Of a stretch of 64,000 nucleotides of DNA, positions 45,748 through 55,621 are shown piece by piece. The position numbers and the translations under genes were made by a program. Source of the stretch: a virus. How positions within the stretch are numbered: the first letter of the stretch is position 1; every line of letters begins with the position of its first letter. The notes below the pieces were generated by a model. It was given only the letters and a program-made list of their open reading frames with translations. It was not told the DNA's origin and ran no database searches. Location: the IMG/VR virus record IMGVR_UViG_3300040959_000809; one strand, given 5' to 3'.

Positions 45748-46026
45748 ATGATTGTAATATATGGGCGTACACAATGTGAGTTCTGCAATGCTGCACAGCA
45801 GATGTGCAAAAAGTGGAACCTTGAATATGAATACAAAAACATTGAATATGTAATGTATTTAAATGAACTTTTTGAAACTTATGGAAAGGACATTGGAAGC
45901 GAAAGCGCAAATGGTTTGCTTGACTGTCCTTACATTATTTGGCATAATAGATACATCGGACACTATAATGATCTTCTTAAAGAAATAGAAAATACTATTG
46001 GTGGATACGGTGAAGGGGGTTTTTAG
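45748..46026 (+). CDS. second glutaredoxin-like protein
   Basis: CEFC, CPYI, YIGHY. Confidence 0.75.
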   Translation: MIVIYGRTQCEFCNAAQQMCKKWNLEYEYKNIEYVMYLNELFETYGKDIGSESANGLLDCPYIIWHNRYIGHYNDLLKEIENTIGGYGEGGF

Positions 46027-46028
46027 TT

Positions 46029-46274
46029 TTGGCTATAAGAAAACCTAATGACTTAACAGTCGAAAAATTACAATACGAATTAAAAGCAATAAAATCTGAG
46101 CGTGATCAATACCGTAGAGATAATGATTCTCTTCGAAATGAATCCATGATGCTCATGGAAACACTGGATGATCTCACTTCAAATATGGATTACTGGTCCG
46201 AAAAGAGCATCAAATCAGGGGTTGTTTTTAGATTAAAGAATGTTTTAACTCAACTTAGGCAAATGGGAGAATAG
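46029..46274 (+). CDS. coiled-coil hypothetical
   Basis: 81-aa ORF, TTG start. Confidence 0.5.
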   Translation: MAIRKPNDLTVEKLQYELKAIKSERDQYRRDNDSLRNESMMLMETLDDLTSNMDYWSEKSIKSGVVFRLKNVLTQLRQMGE

Positions 46275-46277
46275 TGA

Positions 46278-46415
46278 ATGGCTAAAGTTGTAAATCTAGG
46301 TGGTTCATCTTTGCATCGAATCAAAAAGGTAACATCAATTGGTAAATCAGTTCGATCACGACCAAAGAATAAATCGGCAAAGCGTGGGTGGAAAAAATAC
46401 CGAGGACAGGGCTAA
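46278..46415 (+). CDS. small basic protein (45 aa)
   Basis: Own translation ...KKVTSIGKSVRSRPKNKSAKRGWKKYRGQG; GGAG SD. Confidence 0.6.
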   Translation: MAKVVNLGGSSLHRIKKVTSIGKSVRSRPKNKSAKRGWKKYRGQG

Positions 46416-46418
46416 AAT

Positions 46419-47156
46419 ATGGCACGCAAGTTTATTTTTGATGTGGATGGAACTCTCACACCCAGTAGAGGAAAAATGGATCCAGAGTTCAAGGAATTCT
46501 TTTTGGATTTTATGAACCGCGAGCCATGCTTTCTGGTGACTGGTAGTGATTATCCCAAAACTGTAGAACAGATTGGAGCAGAGGTTACTGAAAATGTTGC
46601 CTGTGTTTATAACTGTAGTGGTAATGATATATTCTTTAAGGGTAAACGAGTAAATTCTAATGAGTTTACTTTGCCTTCTGACCTAAAAGCATTTCTTCAG
46701 GGATGGCTAATTTCTAGTAAATTTTATTTGCGTACTGGAAACCATATTGAGGAACGGAAGGGACTGGTAAACTTTAGTGTCGTTGGCCGAAATGCCAAGC
46801 CAAAACAAAGGGGGGAATATGTTAAACACGACAAAGAGTTCCGTGAAAGAGAAACAATTGCATATCTAATCAACACACAATGGCCTGAAATTCAAGCGTC
46901 TGTTGGTGGTGAAACTGGAATTGATATTCACCGTCGAGGTTCTGACAAGTCTCAAATTCTGGAAGACTTCGACAAGGATGCCGAAATCCATTTCTTTGGT
47001 GATGCGATGGATCCAGGTGGAAATGACTATCCTTTATACGCTGCTTTGCAACAGGTTAACACTAATCATAGGACTAGATGTTATCATATAAAAGATTGGC
47101 AAGAAACATATAATAATTTGAAAAAAATGGTTGACATTCCTTTAGGAGTGTGGTAA
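46419..47156 (+). CDS. phosphomannomutase, HAD-IIB (eukaryotic PMM-like)
   Basis: FDVDGTLT, VTGSD, E.R.G..NFS..GRNA, GGETGIDI, FFGD....GGNDY. Confidence 0.85.
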   Translation: MARKFIFDVDGTLTPSRGKMDPEFKEFFLDFMNREPCFLVTGSDYPKTVEQIGAEVTENVACVYNCSGNDIFFKGKRVNSNEFTLPSDLKAFLQGWLISSKFYLRTGNHIEERKGLVNFSVVGRNAKPKQRGEYVKHDKEFRERETIAYLINTQWPEIQASVGGETGIDIHRRGSDKSQILEDFDKDAEIHFFGDAMDPGGNDYPLYAALQQVNTNHRTRCYHIKDWQETYNNLKKMVDIPLGVW

Positions 47157-47159
47157 TAT
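47131..47159 (+). promoter_or_regulatory. early promoter overlapping the PMM 3' end
   Basis: aaaaaaatgg TTGACA-N17-TAATAT. Confidence 0.75.
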
Positions 47160-47171
47160 GGTATATATCAA

Positions 47172-47420
47172 ATGAAAGGAAACCGATTGTATTATTCAGC
47201 CAAATTCCATCTACCGAAGAATACTACAGATAATCAGATCTTCGTATTCGCCCTAGAACATGGGTGTGTATCATATCTTTTATCTGAAAACGAAAAAAGT
47301 AACGTATATGGATTTATGAGCAGAAACTACGATCATATATTAGAGTTGTGTGACCAACTCTGCGATCACGACGAAAACGCACAATCTAAAATAAGTACTG
47401 AATCTATAACCATACATTGA
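47172..47420 (+). CDS. hypothetical protein
   Basis: 82-aa ORF. Confidence 0.5.
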   Translation: MKGNRLYYSAKFHLPKNTTDNQIFVFALEHGCVSYLLSENEKSNVYGFMSRNYDHILELCDQLCDHDENAQSKISTESITIH

Positions 47421-47430
47421 GGTTTACATT

Positions 47431-47871
47431 ATGACTATGCATCTAGTAGGTCCATATATGACCACTACTAATCATAAAAAGCGAAAGAGCAAAGCTCTCA
47501 CCGAAAAGCAACTCCAAGCAAAAAGAGTTGAATGGAGTCAATATAATAAGAGCTGTCGCAAGAAAAACATGCACAGTGCTCAGTTTCAAGAGTTCGAGGA
47601 TTACCTCTCGTACATCCGCGGCGAGTATAAACCTAAAAAAGAGTTTAAAACTTATGAACCGAAACCATCGAATGCGCCACAACGCTCGACGAAGAGCTAT
47701 CCAAGCATCAAGACGTCGAACACAGTACCTGGATACGCACCAAGAAAAGAACGAAATCAATATACAGGAGACCTCATCGTTGGCATCGGCACGATGCACA
47801 AGTCTAACCTCGTCCCAATTATGCGAGGAACAAACGAAGCAAAAGACATAGCAAACATGCGCCGAGGCTAA
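47431..47871 (+). CDS. conserved T4-like hypothetical
   Basis: C-terminal YTG..I.GI.TMHKSNLVP motif. Confidence 0.7.
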   Translation: MTMHLVGPYMTTTNHKKRKSKALTEKQLQAKRVEWSQYNKSCRKKNMHSAQFQEFEDYLSYIRGEYKPKKEFKTYEPKPSNAPQRSTKSYPSIKTSNTVPGYAPRKERNQYTGDLIVGIGTMHKSNLVPIMRGTNEAKDIANMRRG

Positions 47872-47872
47872 A

Positions 47873-48373
47873 ATGAATAAATTTATTACTATGATGGCAG
47901 CTATGGCTGTAGCATTTTCGTTCCCTGCACAGGCAGAAAATACCGGAATGGATGCCGAAACACGAGAAGACTATCAATGTCTTGCTCTTAATATTTACTA
48001 TGAAGCACGTGGGTCAAGTCTAGCGGATATGGCAGGTGTTGCTGATGTTGTTCTGAACCGAGTACTTGATATTCGATACCCCGGAACAATTTGTGGTGTT
48101 GTGAAGGATGCTAAACTTGATAGCAATGGAAATCCTATTAGAAACAAATGTCAGTTTTCTTGGTATTGTGATGGTAAGAGCGATCGCCCTACAGACAGAG
48201 ATTCGTTTGAAAAGTCTCTATTGATTGCTGGTCAAATGTTATTCCAGGGTCGCTACCGTGGCATATCAGAAGGTGCCACACATTATCATGCTGATTATGT
48301 AAAACCCAGATGGGCCAAAAAGATCACCCACGTAGGGCGTATAGGAGACCATATCTTTTATCGCTGGGACTAA
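47873..48373 (+). CDS. cell wall hydrolase, SleB family
   Basis: CLALNIYYEARG, VLNRV, CQFSWYCDG, GATHYHA..V.P.W, IGDHIFY. Confidence 0.92.
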   Translation: MNKFITMMAAMAVAFSFPAQAENTGMDAETREDYQCLALNIYYEARGSSLADMAGVADVVLNRVLDIRYPGTICGVVKDAKLDSNGNPIRNKCQFSWYCDGKSDRPTDRDSFEKSLLIAGQMLFQGRYRGISEGATHYHADYVKPRWAKKITHVGRIGDHIFYRWD

Positions 48374-48381
48374 TATAAATA
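48374..48381 (+). promoter_or_regulatory. T4-type late promoter
   Basis: Exact TATAAATA. Confidence 0.65.
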
Positions 48382-48408
48382 TCTCCATGAATGAATGGAG
48401 ATGTTTTT

Positions 48409-48975
48409 ATGATTGTTGCAGGAATTGATTATAGTTTAAGTAGCCCGGCAATTTGTGTACACGAAGGTGACACTTGGGACTATAAGAATTGCCACTTTTA
48501 CTATTTGGTTAAACGTGAAAAATTATTGGAGGCAGAAATGCCATTTTTACCTAATATGTATCCGGATGGATATACTAATGATCTTGAAAGATATGAAAGT
48601 CTTTCAACCTGGTCCCTTAATATTCTCAAAAAACACAATGTAGAAAAAGTATTCATCGAAGGCTATGCTTTTGGTGCTGTCGGTCGAGTCTTTCAGATTG
48701 CAGAAAATGCAGGCCTGCTAAAATATATGATATGGAAGGCTGGTATGAGTATCGGCACGATTCCTCCTACGGCAATTAAAAAATTTGCAACTGGTAAAGG
48801 AAACGCTAACAAAGAAAAGATGTATGATTCATTTTTTTCTGAAAATATGGTTGACATTCGAGATAAGTGTGGTATTATGAATAATGGATGGAATCCTGTG
48901 AGTGACATTGTCGACTCATATTATATTGCTAAATTTGGTTTAGACCAGGAGAACGAAAATGCAAATCAAGCGTAA
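48409..48975 (+). CDS. RuvC-like Holliday junction resolvase
   Basis: GIDYSL, IEGYAFG, P...IKKFATGKGNANK, DIVDSY; likely start at MIVAG. Confidence 0.8.
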   Translation: MIVAGIDYSLSSPAICVHEGDTWDYKNCHFYYLVKREKLLEAEMPFLPNMYPDGYTNDLERYESLSTWSLNILKKHNVEKVFIEGYAFGAVGRVFQIAENAGLLKYMIWKAGMSIGTIPPTAIKKFATGKGNANKEKMYDSFFSENMVDIRDKCGIMNNGWNPVSDIVDSYYIAKFGLDQENENANQA

Positions 48976-49186
48976 AAGTGTAATTTCCGGAGTTTGGAGA
49001 ACTCGTGAGATTAGAGTTAAACCTGAGGACTATGCTTCTTGGGAAAAAGGATTTGTATCCGTAATGGATGCAATGCCTTATCTAAATGAGGATGATCGTA
49101 CGTTCATCTTAGCAGGCATTACAAATAACGAGTGGAAAGAAGCCTTTTCCGACCAGATTAGGTCGATTATTAACGATCGCTTTTAA
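48959..49186 (+). CDS. hypothetical protein
   Basis: 75-aa coupled ORF. Confidence 0.6.
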   Translation: MQIKRKSVISGVWRTREIRVKPEDYASWEKGFVSVMDAMPYLNEDDRTFILAGITNNEWKEAFSDQIRSIINDRF

Positions 49187-49195
49187 GGGAAGCAA

Positions 49196-49411
49196 ATGAT
49201 AGAATTTAGCGCAAATTACCTATGGTTGGCCCTTGCTTACGTGGCAGGGTCTGGTATCGGTTGGCACATAGGAAACAAAAAACGAATTGAGGATATAGTC
49301 GAAAGTGTAATCGACGACCTCATTGCTCAAGGATATATTAAAGTCGATCGAAAGGACAGCGACAATATTCAACTTTTAAAACACTGGGAAAATAATGATA
49401 GTGATCTTTAA
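49196..49411 (+). CDS. small membrane protein
   Basis: N-terminal TM. Confidence 0.55.
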   Translation: MIEFSANYLWLALAYVAGSGIGWHIGNKKRIEDIVESVIDDLIAQGYIKVDRKDSDNIQLLKHWENNDSDL

Positions 49412-50009
49412 CGGACCTCCTGCCTCTGGTAAGGATGCAGGAACCGCTTATTTTAAAAATAATTTTGGTTATGAGCATCTCAGCTTTAAGTATCAATTGT
49501 TTAAGGAATGCTTTAAACTATTTGATGTGACAAAGGAATGGTTTATGGAAGGCTATGATAATCGCCAAATCAAGGAAGCACCTAGTGTACATCTTGGTGG
49601 TCTTTCGCGTAGAGAGGCAATGATTTATACCTCCGAAAACCATATCAAACCCAAATACGGTAAATCGTTTTTTGGTGATAAAGTTGCCGAAGAGATTGAT
49701 ATTACCAAGAATTATGCAGTCTCTGATGGCGGTTTTATGGAAGAACTGTATCCGATTATAAATAAAGTTGGATACGATAATATGGTATTGGTTCAATTGG
49801 TTCGTGATGATTGTTCATACAGTTCAGATTCTCGGCGATACTTTAACGGTAAGCCACTTGAGAAATTTGTAATCTCTCACGAAACTCCTATTGTTCAAGA
49901 GGATATCCTTCCCGAGGAAATTCCTATTCTGACATATAGGATTTACAATAATGGAACTCTACCAGATTTTAATTCAACATTAACTGAAATATATAATAAA
50001 CTAAACTGA
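49395..50009 (+). CDS. deoxynucleoside monophosphate kinase-like (gp1-like)
   Basis: NGPPASGKD P-loop, SDGGF. Confidence 0.75.
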   Translation: MIVIFNGPPASGKDAGTAYFKNNFGYEHLSFKYQLFKECFKLFDVTKEWFMEGYDNRQIKEAPSVHLGGLSRREAMIYTSENHIKPKYGKSFFGDKVAEEIDITKNYAVSDGGFMEELYPIINKVGYDNMVLVQLVRDDCSYSSDSRRYFNGKPLEKFVISHETPIVQEDILPEEIPILTYRIYNNGTLPDFNSTLTEIYNKLN

Positions 50010-50019
50010 GGAATATATT

Positions 50020-50283
50020 ATGAAAACTAGAAGCGAAATTTTAACAGCACTGAACGAAGGTGTGTGTATTGTAAACTTCACCAAGCAAAATGGTGAGTCA
50101 CGCGTAATGCAATGTACCCTTAACGAGGCCATTGTTCCCCCAGCCGAAAAAGCAGATCCTTTAACTCAGAAAAAAGTTCGTTCTGTTTCTGAGGAAGTCG
50201 TTGTCTGTTGGGACATCGAAAAGGAAGGTTGGAGATCTTTCCGGATGGATAGTGTAAATGCTTTTGATTCAGTAGCAATCTAA
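50020..50283 (+). CDS. WYL-like/SH3-fold protein
   Basis: VNFTKQNGESRVMQCTL, WDIEKEGWRSFR. Confidence 0.8.
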   Translation: MKTRSEILTALNEGVCIVNFTKQNGESRVMQCTLNEAIVPPAEKADPLTQKKVRSVSEEVVVCWDIEKEGWRSFRMDSVNAFDSVAI

Positions 50284-50304
50284 ACATAAAAAGGTAATAA
50301 AAAT

Positions 50305-51258
50305 ATGAGTTGTTTGTACAAAGGGAAAGTTGTAGAATCTGAACTATCCAAGAATGCTCGTGGTGGAAGTGAAATGATGAGAGACCGTCTGCTTAATAGC
50401 GCGGATCCCATCCTTTTAGATAAGGTAGCAATTCATCTTTCCAGACCACGGGAATTGTACGAGGATGTCCCTAATATTCTATGGTGTCATGATCTAGCCG
50501 AAGATCCTGAAAACGAAATCCTCAAGGATGGTGGTTGGAAAAAATTTGACCACTTTATATTTGTCACCGCTTGGCAACGTGATCAGTATGTAGTACGATA
50601 TGGAATTCCATACTCAGAATGTACTGTGATCTATAATGCTATTGAGAAGACATATGATCCCAAGGAAAAGAATACTGATACTATAAGATTTGTTTATCAC
50701 ACCACTCCACATCGTGGGCTGGAATTGTTGGTACCTATCTTTGAGGCTCTTGCTCAACAGTTTCCGAATATTCATCTCGATGTGTATTCAGGGTTTGATA
50801 TCTATGGATGGCAAGATCGTGATGAGCCTTACAAAGGTCTTTACACCAGGATTGATTCTCATCCTAATATGACGTATCATGGGGTCCAGGATAATGAGAC
50901 TGTGCTAAAAGCACTTGAAAGTGCTCACGTGTTCCTATATCCAAACATTTGGCGTGAGACGTCTTGCATCGCACTCATCGAGGCAATTAAAAGTCAGGTG
51001 ATTTGTATCCATCCAAATCTTGGTGCCTTACCAGAGACAGCGACAAACGCAACTATTATGTATGATTTTAATGAGGATCCAAAGATCCATGCAAATTATG
51101 CATATGCAATTACTGCTCAACTTCTTGTGGCAATGCAGAATGATGAAAATTATTTTAATAAGTGGACATATTCTGATCGCTTTGCCTTGGCAAGAAACAG
51201 CATAGAGTCGTTTGCAACTGTGTGGAATCAAACACTTAGGAATATTACAGATGTCTGA
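50305..51258 (+). CDS. GT-B glycosyltransferase (GT4-like)
   Basis: GGSE, W.HD, STPHRGL-like TTPHRGLE, ETSCIALIEA. Confidence 0.82.
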   Translation: MSCLYKGKVVESELSKNARGGSEMMRDRLLNSADPILLDKVAIHLSRPRELYEDVPNILWCHDLAEDPENEILKDGGWKKFDHFIFVTAWQRDQYVVRYGIPYSECTVIYNAIEKTYDPKEKNTDTIRFVYHTTPHRGLELLVPIFEALAQQFPNIHLDVYSGFDIYGWQDRDEPYKGLYTRIDSHPNMTYHGVQDNETVLKALESAHVFLYPNIWRETSCIALIEAIKSQVICIHPNLGALPETATNATIMYDFNEDPKIHANYAYAITAQLLVAMQNDENYFNKWTYSDRFALARNSIESFATVWNQTLRNITDV

Positions 51259-51586
51259 TAACATCATCCAGTTCCCAAAATTTGGGCCTGGGCCCTCGTC
51301 TCCTGAGGAACTTGCAGAAATGCTACAGGATTATAAAGAGGACTTTGCAAATGAAATAGCTGAGATGTTATGGAATCACGTAATTGGTGAGCTCCATAGG
51401 GCTGGATGTGATTTTCATACTGACATAGAAAGGTACTTTCCTTCAATGCTGTTGGTATTAGAATCCATTCGGTCCTTGCATTTGCAGTCACAGGGTGTAT
51501 ATCATCCACTCCAAGAAGTTGCTAAAGAGTCAGTCAACCCAGATGATCTGAAAAAAATGGTTGACATTAGTGAAGATTTGGATTAA
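51251..51586 (+). CDS. conserved hypothetical
   Basis: MSDNIIQFPK start at 51251. Confidence 0.6.
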   Translation: MSDNIIQFPKFGPGPSSPEELAEMLQDYKEDFANEIAEMLWNHVIGELHRAGCDFHTDIERYFPSMLLVLESIRSLHLQSQGVYHPLQEVAKESVNPDDLKKMVDISEDLD

Positions 51587-51589
51587 TAT
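51561..51589 (+). promoter_or_regulatory. early promoter overlapping the upstream ORF end
   Basis: aaaaaaatgg TTGACA-N17-TAATAT. Confidence 0.75.
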
Positions 51590-51622
51590 AGTAGTATTAT
51601 ATCAAATAAAACGGAAAATATT

Positions 51623-52483
51623 ATGGCAATACTAATTGATTATAACCAAGTAATGCTGGCAAACCTATTTGCTAGTATCGGTAACCACACCAATGTGGAG
51701 GTTGACGAGAGTCTTATCCGCCACATGTTTCTAAGTTCTCTCCTACGAATTCGTAAAAAGTTTAATGATGAGTATGGTGAGATTGTTTTATGTGCTGATG
51801 CTAAAAATGTCTGGCGCAAGGATGTGTATCCTTATTATAAGGCGAATCGGCGTAAATCACGAGATGAATCTGATCTTGATTGGAATCAACTTTTTAATGT
51901 GATGCACAAAATTCGTGAGGAGGTTGCTGATAACTTCCCTTATAAGGTACTATGGATTGAGAAATGTGAAGCAGACGATATCATTGCCACCATTTGCCAC
52001 GACAACGGCACCGAACTCAATACTGGTTCTGAAAAGTATCTTATTGTTTCTGGTGACAAGGATTACATTCAGTTACATGTTTACGCAAATATTGATCAAT
52101 ATGATCCTATCCGTAAGCGTTGGATTAAAAATAATGATCCAAATAAATACCTGCAGGAACATATTTTAAAGGGTGATTCTGGTGATGGAGTACCTAATGT
52201 GCTGTCTCCAGACAATTGTCTTGCTATAGGTGAGCGCCAGCGGCCTATGACATCAAAACGATTGAATGTTTTATTGGAAGGTACTGATAACATGGATGAG
52301 GAAACTCTTCGTCGGTATCACCGTAATAAGATGATGATTGACCTTAATGATATTCCTGATAATTACAAGACTATCATTCGTGAACAGTTTAACAAGGAAA
52401 AAGCTATCGGCAGAGAGGGGTTATTTAATTACTTCGTACAGAACAAATTAAAGAATCTTATGACCGACATACAGGATTTTTAA
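51623..52483 (+). CDS. rnh: RNase H / 5'-3' exonuclease
   Basis: WRKDVYPYYKANR, EADDII, SGDKDYIQL, KGDSGDGVPN. Confidence 0.94.
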   Translation: MAILIDYNQVMLANLFASIGNHTNVEVDESLIRHMFLSSLLRIRKKFNDEYGEIVLCADAKNVWRKDVYPYYKANRRKSRDESDLDWNQLFNVMHKIREEVADNFPYKVLWIEKCEADDIIATICHDNGTELNTGSEKYLIVSGDKDYIQLHVYANIDQYDPIRKRWIKNNDPNKYLQEHILKGDSGDGVPNVLSPDNCLAIGERQRPMTSKRLNVLLEGTDNMDEETLRRYHRNKMMIDLNDIPDNYKTIIREQFNKEKAIGREGLFNYFVQNKLKNLMTDIQDF

Positions 52484-52486
52484 AAC

Positions 52487-52921
52487 ATGAAACTTTCTAT
52501 TTCTGAAATTTTAACCAAAGCAGCAACCGAAAAGAAAAAAGCAGATAAGGTTGATTGGTTACGTAAAAATGATTCGCCGCAGATTCGAATGATTTTACGA
52601 CTCACATATGATGAGAATATAAAATTTCTTATACCAGACACTGCTCCTCCATGGACAAGAAATGAGTTTGAGGATGAAGCAAAGCCATTGCTCTTCAGAG
52701 AGGCAAGGCGGCTTAAGATTTTTGTAGAGGGTGGAGGCTATGACACCATCCATCCAATCAAACGCGAAACACTATTCATCCAACTACTACAGGATATTGA
52801 TAACAATGACGCTGAATTGTTAGCAAACAATATGATAGCTCATAAACCAATTAAAGGGTTGACTCGAAAGACTGTTGAGGAATCATATCCTAATCTATTT
52901 ACTTCTCCACTAAAAATATAA
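52487..52921 (+). CDS. conserved T4-like hypothetical
   Basis: ISEIL..A, P...PP, KRETLFIQLL. Confidence 0.7.
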   Translation: MKLSISEILTKAATEKKKADKVDWLRKNDSPQIRMILRLTYDENIKFLIPDTAPPWTRNEFEDEAKPLLFREARRLKIFVEGGGYDTIHPIKRETLFIQLLQDIDNNDAELLANNMIAHKPIKGLTRKTVEESYPNLFTSPLKI

Positions 52922-52939
52922 GGACCAATAGGAAGAAAA

Positions 52940-53113
52940 ATGGCAAAGCGATTCAAAAATCTGCGTAGTGGTACTCCACAGTATGATGATGACTGGGGAC
53001 CCAAAAATGAAGATCGTTGGAAAGAAAAGCAACGTGGTAAGAAACGTACACAAAAGCGGAAGCATAAGCACCGTGAAAAGTTTCAGAACTTTAAGGACTT
53101 CAACGAGACGTAA
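52940..53113 (+). CDS. small basic protein (57 aa)
   Basis: Own translation MAKRFKNLRSG...KFQNFKDFNET; AGGA SD. Confidence 0.55.
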   Translation: MAKRFKNLRSGTPQYDDDWGPKNEDRWKEKQRGKKRTQKRKHKHREKFQNFKDFNET

Positions 53114-53153
53114 AAATATTTTAAATTATTTTAAATTATTTTCGTTAGAGGGG

Positions 53154-53183
53154 TTGACATTTCCTAGAAAGGTGTTATATTAA
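53154..53183 (+). promoter_or_regulatory. early promoter
   Basis: TTGACA, TATATT 16 nt later. Confidence 0.7.
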
Positions 53184-53210
53184 TACTATGATTATGATAA
53201 AGGAAATGAA

Positions 53211-53792
53211 ATGACAATAAGTGATAAATTGATTCTCATCGACTGTGATGGTGTAGTACTTGATTGGGAATATGCATTTGATGCATGGATGAAGCGACAC
53301 AACTATGTAAAAGAAGTTGAAGGCGCTTATGATATGGACATTGCATATAATATGCCGTCAGTTGAGATCAAGCGTTTGATCCGAATGTTTAATGAAAGTG
53401 CTACCATCCGTAAATTACCACCCCTCCGTGACGCTATTAAATATATCAAAAAGCTTCACGAGGAACATGGATATATTTTCCATGCCATTACTAGTCTTAG
53501 TAATGATCAATACGCTCAACATTTACGGACTAAGAATCTCCGTGAGCTGTTCGGCGATACCGTATTTGAAAAATACATATATTTAGATACAGGTGAAGAT
53601 AAGGACAATGAGCTCATTCGGTACGAAGGTACCGGCTGCTTTTGGGTTGAAGATAAAATCCAGAACGTAGATTGTGGAATTGGCTTTGGTCTACAAGGTA
53701 TCCTTATGGCTCATCAACATAACTCAGGTTATACCGGTGAAGCACTTCGTGTACAAAATTGGAAAGAAATTTACGATCATATTGTTGGTTGA
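53211..53792 (+). CDS. HAD-family 5'(3')-deoxyribonucleotidase-like
   Basis: IDCDGVVLDW, AITS, WVEDK. Confidence 0.8.
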   Translation: MTISDKLILIDCDGVVLDWEYAFDAWMKRHNYVKEVEGAYDMDIAYNMPSVEIKRLIRMFNESATIRKLPPLRDAIKYIKKLHEEHGYIFHAITSLSNDQYAQHLRTKNLRELFGDTVFEKYIYLDTGEDKDNELIRYEGTGCFWVEDKIQNVDCGIGFGLQGILMAHQHNSGYTGEALRVQNWKEIYDHIVG

Positions 53793-53794
53793 TG

Positions 53795-53802
53795 TATAAA
53801 TA
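53795..53802 (+). promoter_or_regulatory. T4-type late promoter
   Basis: Exact TATAAATA. Confidence 0.6.
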
Positions 53803-53830
53803 CATTCAACAGGTTAATTTTATTATGTTC

Positions 53831-53867
53831 AAGAGGTGGCCTGTGATACCGGGCTGCCTCTTTTTTT
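53831..53867 (+). terminator. intrinsic terminator
   Basis: aagaggtggcc...ggctgcctctt plus T-run. Confidence 0.75.
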
Positions 53868-53882
53868 AACTCAGGAGAATGA

Positions 53883-54134
53883 ATGCCTACCTATAACTTT
53901 AAAAATGATAAAACTGATGAAATTATAGAACTCTTCCTCTCGATGGGAGAGCGAGAAGAATACCTCAAAAATAACCCCCACATGTCTCAAATCCTTTTAA
54001 AGCCGCCAAACGTGGATGCAGGCGGCCGTATCACTGTTGGTAAGCCCGACAGTGGCTTTCGTGATGTTTTAAAGAATATTAAGTCGCACCATCCCGGTTC
54101 GCGTTCAATTAAAAACACAATCAATGATTGGTAG
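53883..54134 (+). CDS. FmdB-like small protein (Cys-less)
   Basis: MPTYNF, E.YLKNNPH, GFRDVL..IK..HPG. Confidence 0.65.
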   Translation: MPTYNFKNDKTDEIIELFLSMGEREEYLKNNPHMSQILLKPPNVDAGGRITVGKPDSGFRDVLKNIKSHHPGSRSIKNTINDW

Positions 54135-54162
54135 TTCAATCATGCATTAAGGAGAGTCCAAT

Positions 54163-54921
54163 ATGGCATCAACGCAACGTCGTCTTTCAAAAAAACAGCA
54201 ACGTAAAGCGAATCAAAATCAAAATAGGCAACAAATGCTCATGAGAGAAATTGAACCTATGACTGATACGCAAGAAACTCTATTTGATTTATATGATGAA
54301 GATAATAATGTGGCTGCCATAGGTTCTGCTGGAACGGGAAAGACAATGTGTGCTTTATATTTAGCACTATCGGATGTACTAGAACTACCTGAATATGATA
54401 AAGTTATTATAATCAGGTCGGCAGTACAAACTAGAGAACAAGGTTTTATGCCTGGTTCAAAGGCACAAAAGGAAGCTGTGTTTACGGCACCATACGTCGA
54501 TATTGTAAATAATCTCTTTGGGAGAGGAGATGCCTGGGAAGTTTTAAAATCAAAACAACTTATTGAATTTATGACTTCGTCATTTGTACGAGGTCTTACA
54601 TTCGACAATGCAATTATAGTAGTAGATGAATGTCAGTCTATGACATACCACGAGCTTGATTCAATTATTACTCGGGTCGGTGAATCATCAAAAATTATTT
54701 TCTGTGGAGACACCGCACAAGATGATTTGGCGACATCCAGAAATAGAGCTGAGTTCTCCGGGCTGGTTGATTTCATTAAAGTACTTAGAAAAATTCCATC
54801 ATTTAAGGTGGTAAATTTTAAGACTGCTGACATCGTTCGCTCAGGTCTTGTAAAGGAATATATAATTGCAAAGGAAAACGAAAGTAGAAATCTTAGGCTG
54901 GTAGAACCAGTCCGTATGTGA
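54163..54921 (+). CDS. phoH: PhoH-like ATPase
   Basis: GSAGTGKT, GFMPG, RGLTF, VDECQS, TRVG, GDTAQ.DL, DIVRS. Confidence 0.93.
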   Translation: MASTQRRLSKKQQRKANQNQNRQQMLMREIEPMTDTQETLFDLYDEDNNVAAIGSAGTGKTMCALYLALSDVLELPEYDKVIIIRSAVQTREQGFMPGSKAQKEAVFTAPYVDIVNNLFGRGDAWEVLKSKQLIEFMTSSFVRGLTFDNAIIVVDECQSMTYHELDSIITRVGESSKIIFCGDTAQDDLATSRNRAEFSGLVDFIKVLRKIPSFKVVNFKTADIVRSGLVKEYIIAKENESRNLRLVEPVRM

Positions 54922-54928
54922 GGATAAT

Positions 54929-55621
54929 ATGGTAGATTATGTGATTGCAGGTGGTAATAATTATACAGTAGTGGATCTGGGAGATCCGGATCCACTCACT
55001 GAATTCCCGGAAATATTTGGGAATGAAAACTTTTCATATGTAGTGTCATTTACACAGCCAGATGCTACAGACTATCTTGGTATTACAGTAAATAGCAAAC
55101 CAGACTGGGTTTCTGCTACAGCAGTAAGTAATAATCAGATATGGATAACAAGAGATCCGGCATATACAATCTTTCCTGGTGAAGCATATGTATTGACTCA
55201 GTATCCTACTGGCTATGAAAGTGAAACAGTTACCACGGTGACACCTGGTGAGTGGGAACTCTTGCCAAACAAAGAAGATTACATTTTGAATTCCTGGACG
55301 ACACCATCCCAGGAAGAGGTGAGTGGTTCATATTCGTTTACTTTATCGTATGAATATCTTGATGAAGGATCTCCAACAACAGCATCAGTTGGTCCGAACT
55401 ATACTCAAAATTATGTGTGGAATGTACAAAACGCACTTCCCGGTTTCATAAATAGTCTTGATCAATCTATGCCACCAACTGATGATGCATTGCTTAACGA
55501 ATATGCAAATACTGATGCTCCATTTGACACAAGTAATACATTTACATCAACAACCGAGCTCAAGGACTTGTTGGCAAACACAGGCATAGACCCAACAGAA
55601 TTGGACAACGCACGACCATGA
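54929..55621 (+). CDS. probable structural protein
   Basis: Acidic, Thr/Pro-rich; directly precedes a PAAR-like gene. Confidence 0.5.
   Translation: MVDYVIAGGNNYTVVDLGDPDPLTEFPEIFGNENFSYVVSFTQPDATDYLGITVNSKPDWVSATAVSNNQIWITRDPAYTIFPGEAYVLTQYPTGYESETVTTVTPGEWELLPNKEDYILNSWTTPSQEEVSGSYSFTLSYEYLDEGSPTTASVGPNYTQNYVWNVQNALPGFINSLDQSMPPTDDALLNEYANTDAPFDTSNTFTSTTELKDLLANTGIDPTELDNARP

Noticed and set aside
50305-51258. GT4 as a T4-like DNA glucosyltransferase indicating hypermodified DNA
   Set aside because: No dCMP hydroxymethylase or other base-modification gene in the window; the substrate cannot be assigned
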